Assembly: GCA_963821845.1 (NCBI GenBank)
Contig: CAWGFI010000006.1
Span: forward strand, 316,628-380,627
DNA length: 64,000 bases
Source of the DNA: an uncultured delta proteobacterium
GTDB taxonomy: Bacteria; Desulfobacterota; Desulfarculia; JACQYL01; CAWGVV01
Reading direction: 5' to 3'
Below are positions 54,380 through 62,841 of the stretch, one piece after another; within the stretch, counting starts at the first letter, position 1; every line of letters starts with the position of its first letter. A program made the position numbers and the translations under genes. The notes below the pieces were generated by a model. That model searched no databases. It was not told the DNA's origin and worked only from the letters and a program-made list of their open reading frames with translations.

Positions 54380-55270
54380 TCAGACCTTTTCAACGGATCG
54401 GCCCAACAAGCCTTGCGGCCGGAATATGAGCGCCAGCAGGAAGGCCGTGTAAACAACGCCGTCCGCCCATCCCGCGCTGATGACGTAGGACCCCATGACT
54501 TCCAGAACCCCGAGGATAATCCCGCCCAACAGCGCTCCCCCCACGCTTCCCAGCCCGCCGAAGGCCACCGCGATGAGCGCCTTGAGGCTGAAGAGGAAGC
54601 CGAAATAGGGATCAAAGGGAAAGGAAATGGACGTGGCCACCCCGGCTATCCCCGCCAGCCCGATGCCGATGGAAAAGGTCACCGCGCTGACCTTGCCGGG
54701 GCTGATTCCCAACAGCGCCGCGCCTCGGGCGTCTTCGGAAACGCCTCGCACGGCCTGGCCCAGCATGGTTTTCTTCAAAAACAGAAACACCAGTCCGGTG
54801 GCCCCCACGGTCACCAGGGAAACCATGAGCCGGGAGAACGACAGCGTGACGCCCATCACATCCAACCCCAGCGTGGAATAGGTGGTGGTCACCGCGCGGG
54901 TGTTGGGCGTCCAGAGGATGGACATGAGGTTTTCCAGCAGGACCATGAGGCCGAAAGCCAGCAGCAGCGAAGGATTTTTTCCAGCCTTGCTTACCCGTTG
55001 GAAAAGCCCCACATAGATGAGCCAGCCCAACCCCATGAACAGGGGAATAACGAGCAGGAACGCGAAAAAGGGATCGAGCGCGATGGCGTTAAACAGCCAG
55101 TAGACAAAATAGGCGGCCAGGATCATGACCGAACCCTGCGCGATGAACACAATCCCCATGCAGCCGAAAATCAGGCTCAACCCGATGGCCGCCACCCCGT
55201 ACATGCAGCCGAGCAGGACGCCGTTGGCGAGTATCTGAAAGAAGACGGCGAACGAATCGAAGCCGGTCAT
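54380..55270 (-). CDS. livH: Liv-type ABC permease (LivH-like)
   Basis: GLSLIFG, T.LGQAVR, A.LLGI, GGLGSVGG, FRPQGL. Confidence 0.9.
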   Translation of the reverse strand: MTGFDSFAVFFQILANGVLLGCMYGVAAIGLSLIFGCMGIVFIAQGSVMILAAYFVYWLFNAIALDPFFAFLLVIPLFMGLGWLIYVGLFQRVSKAGKNPSLLLAFGLMVLLENLMSILWTPNTRAVTTTYSTLGLDVMGVTLSFSRLMVSLVTVGATGLVFLFLKKTMLGQAVRGVSEDARGAALLGISPGKVSAVTFSIGIGLAGIAGVATSISFPFDPYFGFLFSLKALIAVAFGGLGSVGGALLGGIILGVLEVMGSYVISAGWADGVVYTAFLLALIFRPQGLLGRSVEKV

Positions 55271-55274
55271 ATCC

Positions 55275-55997
55275 TTACCCCACCATTCCCAGGAAGGCCT
55301 TCTGAAAGTTCGCGTTGAGTAAAAGCTCGGCGGCGCTGCCCTCCATATCCAGGGCGCCGGTTTTCAAAACATAGGCGTAATCGGATATTTCCAGCGTCTG
55401 GTGGACGTTTTGTTCCACCAGAAGAATGGTGACGCCCTCCTTGCGCAGGTCCCGGATGATATCGAACAGATGCCCCACCAGCAGGGGCGCCAGCCCCAGG
55501 GAAGGCTCGTCCAGCATGAGCAGGCTCGGTCTGGCCATGAGCGCCCGGGCGATGGCCAGCATCTGCTGTTCGCCTCCGCTCAAGGTGCCGGCCGACTGAT
55601 CGACCCGGTCCTTCAGCCGGGGAAAGAGCTGGAACACCCGGTTCAGGGATTCCTTCAAATAGGGCCGGGCGTTGGCGGGATAGGCGCCCAGGCCGAGGTT
55701 TTCCTTGACCGTAAGCCGCGCGAACAGACGCCGCCCCTCCGGAACCTGGGATACGCCCAGGGCCACCGCTTCCTCGGGTTTGACCGACGCCAGGGATTTC
55801 CCGGCGAAGAATATTTCTCCGCGCCCGGGCCTCATAAAACAGGAGACGGCGTTCAGAATGGTGCTTTTGCCCGCGCCGTTGGCTCCAACCAGCGCGATGA
55901 TCCGGCCCCGGTCCACGTGAAAGGAGACATTCCACACCGCCTGGGCGTCGCCATGGAAAAGGTCGACGTTTTTAACCTCGAGCAGATGGCTTTCCAA
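55275..55997 (-). CDS. livF: ABC ATP-binding protein (LivF-like)
   Basis: GANGAGKST, VPEGRRLF, LSGGEQQMLA, LDEPSLGLAP, VEQN. Confidence 0.93.
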   Translation of the reverse strand: MESHLLEVKNVDLFHGDAQAVWNVSFHVDRGRIIALVGANGAGKSTILNAVSCFMRPGRGEIFFAGKSLASVKPEEAVALGVSQVPEGRRLFARLTVKENLGLGAYPANARPYLKESLNRVFQLFPRLKDRVDQSAGTLSGGEQQMLAIARALMARPSLLMLDEPSLGLAPLLVGHLFDIIRDLRKEGVTILLVEQNVHQTLEISDYAYVLKTGALDMEGSAAELLLNANFQKAFLGMVG

Positions 55998-56721
55998 GAT
56001 ATGCCTCGATGACTCTGGGATTCCTGACGATTTCCTCGGGCCTGCCCTCGCCGATCTTGCAGCCGTATTCCAGAACCGCTACCCGGTCGCAGATGCTGAA
56101 CACGGCCTCCACCTTGTGTTCGACCCATAGGATGGCCACGTTGCGGTCCGCGCGGGCGCGTTCGATCACCTGCAGCATGGCGCCGATCTCCGAAGGGTTG
56201 AGCCCGGCCATGGGCTCGTCCAGAAGGGTGATGGACGGTTGCGACGCCAGCGCTCGAGCTACTTCCAGAAGCCGCCGGTCGGAAAGGGTCATGTGGGCCG
56301 TGATCATGTCCCGCTTGTCCTCCAACCCCACCAGTTCCAAAACGCTCAGGGCTTCCCGGCGCGCCTGACGCGATCGCATCCGGTGGCCGAACACGGCGCC
56401 GATCATGACGTTTTCCAGGGCGGTCATGCCGAGGAAGGTTTTGACCAGTTGAAAGGTGCGGGATATTCCCAACCGGCACACCTGATGGGGAGGCTTTCCG
56501 TTGATCCTGGTCCCGTTCAGGTAGATGTCGCCAGAATCCGGCTTGTAGATGGAAGTGACCACGTTAAACAGGGTGCTCTTGCCCGCGCCGTTGGGACCGA
56601 TGAGCCCCACGATTTCGCGGGTTCCCACGTCGAGGGAAACATCGCTCAACGCGCTCAGGCCGCCGAAACGCTTGGTTACGTTTTCCATGCGGAAAATCGG
56701 AGTTCCGGAACCGCTCCCCAT
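55972..56721 (-). CDS. livG: ABC ATP-binding protein (LivG-like)
   Basis: FGGLSAL, GPNGAGKST, RTFQ, LDEPMAG, VEH, VIEAYLG. Confidence 0.93.
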   Translation of the reverse strand: MGSGSGTPIFRMENVTKRFGGLSALSDVSLDVGTREIVGLIGPNGAGKSTLFNVVTSIYKPDSGDIYLNGTRINGKPPHQVCRLGISRTFQLVKTFLGMTALENVMIGAVFGHRMRSRQARREALSVLELVGLEDKRDMITAHMTLSDRRLLEVARALASQPSITLLDEPMAGLNPSEIGAMLQVIERARADRNVAILWVEHKVEAVFSICDRVAVLEYGCKIGEGRPEEIVRNPRVIEAYLGKPSARG

Positions 56722-56870
56722 TACGACCCTTCCCGGCCCACGCGCCGCGCCGCAAGGGCGCTCGCCCGGCCGATACCACTACCCGCCGGATTCATGCGCG
56801 ACGGGCCGACCTTATGAAATGTTGATGGCTATGGATTCGATCGGCTAAAAAAATGTCTACTGTATACAAG

Positions 56871-56885
56871 GCAAGGAGCGCGCCA
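56871..56885 (-). promoter_or_regulatory. Sigma54 -24/-12 promoter TGGCGCGCTCCTTGC
   Basis: Near-consensus TGGCACG-N4-TTGC, 150 bp upstream of livG. Confidence 0.8.
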
Positions 56886-56892
56886 AAACATA

Positions 56893-56905
56893 TAACTTGC
56901 TGATA
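56893..56905 (-). promoter_or_regulatory. IHF binding site TATCAGCAAGTTA
   Basis: Exact match to WATCARNNNNTTR between the promoter and the UAS. Confidence 0.65.
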
Positions 56906-56960
56906 TGGTTTAAAAACAATATCGGTAGACGGTTGGCGGCCAATCGATTCAGACAAAAAA

Positions 56961-57099
56961 TGTTTCTTTTGGTAACAGCAATTCCTCGTAGATTGTCTTA
57001 CACGTTAACAAAAAGAAGAAATACGTGAGCTTTTACAGTGAGTTGGACGAACCGTAACGAAACGCGCCAATCCGGAACGAACTGTTTCCAAAAGAAACA
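56961..57099. promoter_or_regulatory. Pair of EBP UAS: TGTTTCTTTTGGTAACA (56961-56977) and TGTTTCCAAAAGAAACA (57083-57099)
   Basis: The second is the reverse complement of the first at 16/17 positions. Confidence 0.65.
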
Positions 57100-57165
57100 C
57101 TTGATAAATAAAGGAAAACACTGCGAAGGAATTCCCCCGCAATGTTTTTACGCCTCTCCAGCTCG

Positions 57166-58545
57166 TCAAACGGGTATTCCGTAACGCTCCATCTTGGCGT
57201 AGAGCGCCTTTCGGCTGATTCCCAGGCAGTTGGCGGAGAGGGTTTTGTTGCCGTTACATATATCGAGGGTTTTTTCGATGAGCTCCCGTTCCATTTCGCA
57301 GATGGTTATTCCTTCGCGGGGCAGGGTAAGGTCGAGCAGGCCGTTTTGGTTGGGCTGAACGTCCTGGGTAAAATCCCGGATTCTTTCGGGGAGGTCCCTG
57401 ACGCCGATGGAGCTTCCCTTGGAAAGGATGATGGCGCGAGCGACGCAGTTCTCCAACTCCCGCACGTTCCCCGGCCAGGGGTATTTCATGAGCGCCTCCA
57501 GCGCTGCGTCGTCCACGCCGCGGATGTCCTTGCCGTATTCCCGGTCAAAACGCTTGATGAAATGTTCGATCAGCAGAATGATGTCTTCCTTGCGTTCCCT
57601 GAGCGGGGGCAGGGTGATGGATATCACTTCCAGGCGATAGAGCAGGTCGCGCAGGAACCGGCCTTCGGCTATTTCTTCGTGCAGGTCCCGGTTGGTGGCC
57701 GCGATCACCCGCACGTCGACCTGCCTGGTTTCCACGCCGCCCACGGGTTCGAACGAACCCTCCTGCAGAAACCGCAGGAGCTTGGCCTGAAAGTTCAGGC
57801 TCATGGCGCCGATTTCATCCAAAAAAAGCGTGCCCTTGTCGGCGTACTCCAGCCGGCCCATCTTGTTGGCGGTGGCCCCGGTAAAGGCGCCTTTCACATG
57901 GCCGAACAGTTCGGCTTCCAGCAGGCTGTCGGTGAGCGCGGCCGAATTGATGCACACCATGGGGCGTTCGAGTCTTCCGCTCAGGGAATGGATCGCCCGG
58001 GCCAGCAATTCCTTGCCCGCGCCGGTTTCGCCCTTGATGAGCATGGACACGTCCGTGGGGGCGGCTGTTCGTATGACTTCGAAGACCTCCATCATCTCGG
58101 GGTTGGTCCCGACGATGTCGCGGAAATAGCGTTTTTCCCGCACCTCCCGCCGCAGTTCGGCCAGCTCCGCGCTGATTTTCTTTTCGCTGATCGCTTTTTT
58201 CAGGACGATGCTCAACTCGTCGTAATCCAGGGGCTTGATCAGATAATTGCTGACCCCTTCCTTCATGGCTTCGACCGCCGATTTGATGGTGCCGTGGGCG
58301 GTCATGATGATGAAAGGAATTTCCGCCTCGATGGCCTTGAGTTCCCGGTACAGCTCCAGCCCGTCGACTCCCGGCATTTTGAGATCCGCCAGCACCACGT
58401 CCACGCCGGGCTGATTTCGAAAAACACGCACGGCTTCGCGCGCGTTCTGCGCCTTGAATACTTCATAACCCTCGTCCTGGAGAATCGCGCCGACGACCTT
58501 CAGCGTGTTGGCCTGATCATCGACGACGAGGATTTTGGCGCCCAT
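57166..58545 (-). CDS. Sigma54-dependent response regulator (no adjacent kinase)
   Basis: ILVVDD, LADLKMP, GETGAGKE, GAFTGA, WPGNVREL, HTH. Confidence 0.95.
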   Translation of the reverse strand: MGAKILVVDDQANTLKVVGAILQDEGYEVFKAQNAREAVRVFRNQPGVDVVLADLKMPGVDGLELYRELKAIEAEIPFIIMTAHGTIKSAVEAMKEGVSNYLIKPLDYDELSIVLKKAISEKKISAELAELRREVREKRYFRDIVGTNPEMMEVFEVIRTAAPTDVSMLIKGETGAGKELLARAIHSLSGRLERPMVCINSAALTDSLLEAELFGHVKGAFTGATANKMGRLEYADKGTLFLDEIGAMSLNFQAKLLRFLQEGSFEPVGGVETRQVDVRVIAATNRDLHEEIAEGRFLRDLLYRLEVISITLPPLRERKEDIILLIEHFIKRFDREYGKDIRGVDDAALEALMKYPWPGNVRELENCVARAIILSKGSSIGVRDLPERIRDFTQDVQPNQNGLLDLTLPREGITICEMERELIEKTLDICNGNKTLSANCLGISRKALYAKMERYGIPV

Positions 58546-58586
58546 TTTAATCTCCGCATGTAAGGATGTCGATTTTAAATCGTGAG

Positions 58587-58637
58587 CGGGAACCTTTTGA
58601 AAAAAGTTCCCGCCCACACCCTCTTCAAAACTCTTAA
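58587..58637. repeat. Intergenic hairpin repeat CGGGAACCTTTTGAAAAAAGTTCCCG...CACACCCTCTTCAAAACT
   Basis: Imperfect palindrome with a related copy at 53185-53233. Confidence 0.5.
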
Positions 58638-58770
58638 GTTATTAGAAAATAAAACATTTCAGGCAAAATGGACCGTCATTTAGGGAGAAATGCCGTTACA
58701 GGCGGTCGAGACTGAACGCGCGACCGGTTTTTTTCTTGCAGTCCGAAGCGGCGTGGATCGAAACGAACAA

Positions 58771-59238
58771 TCACCGGTCCTGGTTGATGACCTTGATCAG
58801 CCGTTTGGCTTTCTCCAGCAATTCCAGCTTTTCCCGCTCTCCAAAGCCGCGGAGAATGGATTCCGCCACGGTGTCCTTGTCGCGTTCTATTTCCTTGAGG
58901 CTTTTCCGCCCCTTGGAGGTGATTTCAAGGACGGTCACGCGCTCGTCGCGGGGATCGGACTTGCGCAGCAGAAAGCCTTCCCGTTCCAGCCGTTTGACGA
59001 TCCCGGTCATGTTGGCGTAGGGGACCAGCATGATCTTGCTGACGCCGGTTATGTTGTTCTGGCCGTTTCGAGAGGATTCCAGGACTCTGAGTACGTTGTA
59101 TTGGGGGAAGGATAGTTCGTACTTTCTGAAAACGGCGGAGTAGGCTCGCTTGACTCCTTCCGCCGCCCGGATGACGCTGGTGAGGGCCTTTTCATTAACG
59201 CTCAAGTCACTGAAATAATCATTTTCCCCCATGAACAC
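58771..59238 (-). CDS. MarR-family transcriptional regulator
   Basis: LSFPQYNVLRVL, NMTGIVKRLE..G...R..DPRDER...IT.KG. Confidence 0.92.
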   Translation of the reverse strand: MFMGENDYFSDLSVNEKALTSVIRAAEGVKRAYSAVFRKYELSFPQYNVLRVLESSRNGQNNITGVSKIMLVPYANMTGIVKRLEREGFLLRKSDPRDERVTVLEITSKGRKSLKEIERDKDTVAESILRGFGEREKLELLEKAKRLIKVINQDR

Positions 59239-59280
59239 CGGCCTTTCCCAAGAGCTTGAAAATAGTACACGTATAGTTTG

Positions 59281-59292
59281 TCAATATATTGA
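59281..59292. promoter_or_regulatory. Putative MarR operator TCAATATATTGA
   Basis: Perfect 12-bp palindrome ~45 bp upstream of marR, next to a TATAAT box. Confidence 0.55.
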
Positions 59293-59620
59293 TATATTAT
59301 AATCGGAGCTAAACCTGGCCTCCGGTCTTGGCGCATACTGAAACAGCTCTGGAGAATCCGCTCGCATGGGGCCGGGGAGTGGTCGCCCGTGAGGCCCGTC
59401 GTTTTCTCTGTCCGTGGTATATTCACTTTGTATACGAAGTTTTACCATGCCCGCCCCGAGAAAATTATTCAAGCCATTTTTTCCATCCGCGTATACGGCA
59501 TTCAGTATTTTCGGCCCGTATTCCGTGATGCGGTCGCGCTGGAAGAATCCTGGCCATCAATGGGCGCCTTCCATTTAACCTACCGATATTATTTGCCATA
59601 TTAATTATGTTCACAACCAG

Positions 59621-59672
59621 TTAACATGTTGATTAAATGCGTATTGACTTTTTTTCTCGGCCACGGTATGAC
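59621..59672 (+). promoter_or_regulatory. Second operator-like site TTAACATGTTGA followed by sigma70-like TTGACT-N17-TATGAC
   Basis: Shares TYAAYATRTTGA with 59281-59292; upstream of dctP. Confidence 0.5.
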
Positions 59673-59762
59673 CCTTGTATACAACGATTGCAAACCGAAA
59701 TGGAGAAGTATAGATAGGGTTTTAAAACAGCTTTTACCGGGAACTAAAAAGGAGGTTTGGGT

Positions 59763-60791
59763 ATGAAGAAGACAGTGGCGGTGTTCATTTCGCTTTTCCT
59801 CATCATTGGAACCGTGTTCATCCTGAGCGCGGACATGGCCTCGGCGGCCGAAACCATCGAACTCAAGTTCGCGCATGGCTTTTCCCCGAAACACACCATG
59901 CAGGTAAAGGTGTTCGAGCCCTGGGCCGAAAAGATTACCAAACTCACCAATGGCAGAGTCAAATTCACCATGTTCCCCGGCGGGGCGTTGGGGAAGATGC
60001 CCGACCATTATTCTTTGGCTGAAAAAGGTCTTGCGGATATCGTTTACATCCTGCAGGACTACACCCCCAATCGTTTTCCGCTGACCACGGTCTTCGAGCT
60101 GCCTTTCATGACTCCCAACGCTACCAAGTGCTCCGAGGCCATGTGGAAGACCTATGAGAAAATCCCCGCGTTCCAGGAGGAATACAGCAAGGTAAAAGTG
60201 CTGGCGCTGTTCGCGCATCCTCCCGGACACTTTCATACCACCAAGGTTCCCATCAGAAACATCGATGATTTCAAAGGGTTGAAGATCAGGACCGCCAGCT
60301 CCAGCGTGACTCAGGCGTTGAAGATCTTCGGCGCGGCGCCGGTAAACATGCCCATTACCGAAACCTACACGGCTCTGGAGCGCGGCGTGGTGGACGGAAC
60401 CGTCGTTCCCTATGAAGGCGTGGTCATCTTCAAGCTGGACGAACTGCTCAAGTACACCACCCCGGCCGACTTCTATACGGTCACCATGGCTTTTCTCATG
60501 AACAAGAAAAAATGGGACTCCCTGCCCGACGACATCAAGAAGATCATCGATGAAAACGCCGGTCTGCCGCTGTCCATTGAAGCCGGCAGGGTGTATGACG
60601 AGGTCGAAATACCCATGAAGGAAAAATGTCTGAAAGCGGGTATGCAGATTGTGGAGATGTCCCCCGAAGCCAAGGCCAAACTGCATGAAGTCACCATGCC
60701 CATCAGAGAGGACTGGGTCAAGGAAATGGAATCCAAGGGACTGCCCGGAAAAGAGGTGTACGAAACGGCGTTGGAATACCTCAAACAATAA
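59763..60791 (+). CDS. dctP: TRAP transporter substrate-binding protein
   Basis: Signal peptide, FPGGALG, ELPF, DFKGLKIR, ETYTALERGVVDG, WDSLP. Confidence 0.93.
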   Translation: MKKTVAVFISLFLIIGTVFILSADMASAAETIELKFAHGFSPKHTMQVKVFEPWAEKITKLTNGRVKFTMFPGGALGKMPDHYSLAEKGLADIVYILQDYTPNRFPLTTVFELPFMTPNATKCSEAMWKTYEKIPAFQEEYSKVKVLALFAHPPGHFHTTKVPIRNIDDFKGLKIRTASSSVTQALKIFGAAPVNMPITETYTALERGVVDGTVVPYEGVVIFKLDELLKYTTPADFYTVTMAFLMNKKKWDSLPDDIKKIIDENAGLPLSIEAGRVYDEVEIPMKEKCLKAGMQIVEMSPEAKAKLHEVTMPIREDWVKEMESKGLPGKEVYETALEYLKQ

Positions 60792-60846
60792 ATACGCTTC
60801 CCTACGGGTTGAAAGTCATTCCTGATTGAGTCATCCGGAGCGTCAA

Positions 60847-60880
60847 CCGGAGGAGGGCGGATCTGCGAGCCTTCCTCCGG
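60847..60880 (+). terminator. Stem-loop between dctP and dctQ
   Basis: CCGGAGGAGGGC...GCCTTCCTCCGG inverted repeat, no U-tract; probable mRNA stabiliser. Confidence 0.45.
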
Positions 60881-60929
60881 CGTATTCGATCATTCGTCTG
60901 ACAGGGATTGAAAGGGGTTTATCGCGCGT

Positions 60930-61432
60930 ATGCCTGTTCAAACCTTTTTAAGAAAGATGGGAGTGTTCAGCTCCTTTTTATCGAAACTGGGGGCCATTGC
61001 CCTTGTAGGGATGATGGGTCTGACCACGGCGGACGTAATTTGCCGCTATCTCTTCAACTCTCCCATCCTGGGAGCGTTCGAAATAACCGAATTTCTGGTG
61101 CTTATTCTTATCTTTTCTTTTTTAGGCTACACACAAGCCCAAAAATCCCATGTCTCCGTCGATCTGTTGACCTCCCTATTTCCCAGGAAAGTTCAGCTCA
61201 TTATCGATCTGATCAACCATACGGTCTGTTTTCTGCTTATGCTCCTGATCTCCTGGATGGGGACGCTTAACGCCTTGGACCTAATGGACGTCGGAGAACG
61301 TTCCCCAATCTGGCGATCTCCCATTATCCCTTCGCGTTCTTTCTGGCGCTTGGCTGCGTCATCACCGCTATTGAATTTCTGAGAGACGTTATATCCATTT
61401 TCGCCTCCCTGAAAGGAGGCGCCCGATCATGA
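60930..61432 (+). CDS. dctQ: TRAP small permease, one frameshift in the C run at ~61303-61306
   Basis: DVICRYLFNSPILGAFEITE, HVSVDL; one added C gives SPNLAISHYPF... ending in an ATGA overlap with dctM. Confidence 0.88.
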
Positions 61433-62730
61433 GCACTGAATTAATTGGAGTCCTGGGCATTATCGCGCTCTTCGTCCTGCTGGCGTTACGCATGTACATC
61501 GGCATGGCCATGGCCCTGATCGGTTTTCTGGGACTCTGGTGGATGGTCGGCTGGCAGGCCGGCTCGTCCATCCTGGGGCTCACGCCGATGTCGGAAGGAT
61601 CTTCGTACACGCTGAGCGTGATCCCGCTCTTCGTTCTCATGGGCCAGTTCGCCTTTCTCTCCGGCATCAGCAGGGACATCTACAAAACGGTCTACGCCTG
61701 GATGGGACACCTTCGAGGCGGACTGGCCATGGCGACTATCGTGGCCTGCGCGGGTTTCGCGGCCATCTGCGGATCGTCCTTGGCCACCGGAGCGACCATG
61801 GCCATGGTCGCCATCCCGGAGATGGACAAGTACAATTACGACCCGAGATTGTCCACCGGCTGTATCGCCGCGGGCGGCACGCTCGGCATCCTGATTCCCC
61901 CCAGCCTCGGTTTTGTTATCTACGGTATCCTGACCGAACTTTCCATCGGCAAGCTTTTCATGGCCGGCTTCATTCCAGGGTTTTTGCTGGCCAGCCTGTT
62001 TATCATCGCGATTTATCTGCAATGCAAGATCAACCCCGCAATGGGCCCCAGCGGAGAATCCACCCCCTGGCGTAAGAGGATCAGATCCCTCGGCGGAACC
62101 TGGGGCATGCTGCTTCTTTTTATCCTGGTCATGGGCGGAATATACGTGGGGATCTTTACGCCCACCGAAGCGGCCGGTGTCGGCGCCTTCGGCGCGTTCC
62201 TCATCGCCGTGTTCAGAAAAACCATGAGCTTCGCGGCCCTGAAGCAGAGCCTGCTGGAAACGGGCAAAACCACGGCCATGATTTTTCTGATCATCATCGG
62301 GGCCACCATATTCTCTTCATTTCTGGGCATGACCAAACTTCCCATGGCGCTGGCCGATTTCATGGTCAACCTTCCCTTGCCGAGGATGCTTATCCTGATC
62401 GCCATCATCATGGTGTACGTGGCCCTAGGCTGTGTCATGGACTGTTACGCCATCATGATTCTGACCGTGCCCATCCTGTTCCCGGTCATCGAAGCGCTGC
62501 GGTTCGATCCCATCTGGTTCGGCGTCGTGATGGTCATCGTCCTGGAAGTCGGTCTGATCACGCCTCCGGTCGGCCTCAATGTTTTCGTGATCAAGGGCGC
62601 CGCGCCCGACGTGCCCCTGACCACGATTTTCCGGGGCATCTGGCCGTTTATGATCGCCGCGCTGTGCTGTATCGGTATACTCATGATTTTTCCGGAGATC
62701 GCCACTTATCTTCCCGAAAAAATGAAATGA
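61429..62730 (+). CDS. dctM: TRAP large permease
   Basis: IPLFVLMG, GGTLGILIPPS, FTPTEAA, DPIWFG, GLITPPVGLN. Confidence 0.95.
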   Translation: MSTELIGVLGIIALFVLLALRMYIGMAMALIGFLGLWWMVGWQAGSSILGLTPMSEGSSYTLSVIPLFVLMGQFAFLSGISRDIYKTVYAWMGHLRGGLAMATIVACAGFAAICGSSLATGATMAMVAIPEMDKYNYDPRLSTGCIAAGGTLGILIPPSLGFVIYGILTELSIGKLFMAGFIPGFLLASLFIIAIYLQCKINPAMGPSGESTPWRKRIRSLGGTWGMLLLFILVMGGIYVGIFTPTEAAGVGAFGAFLIAVFRKTMSFAALKQSLLETGKTTAMIFLIIIGATIFSSFLGMTKLPMALADFMVNLPLPRMLILIAIIMVYVALGCVMDCYAIMILTVPILFPVIEALRFDPIWFGVVMVIVLEVGLITPPVGLNVFVIKGAAPDVPLTTIFRGIWPFMIAALCCIGILMIFPEIATYLPEKMK

Positions 62731-62841
62731 ACGGGATCATCTCGGATAAATCGGTTTCCGTATCACGGCCCGGCTCCGCAAAGGGAGCGTCAAGGGGTTT
62801 GGGGCGGATCTTTCAATATAATCGAACGGGAGGCCGAGCAT

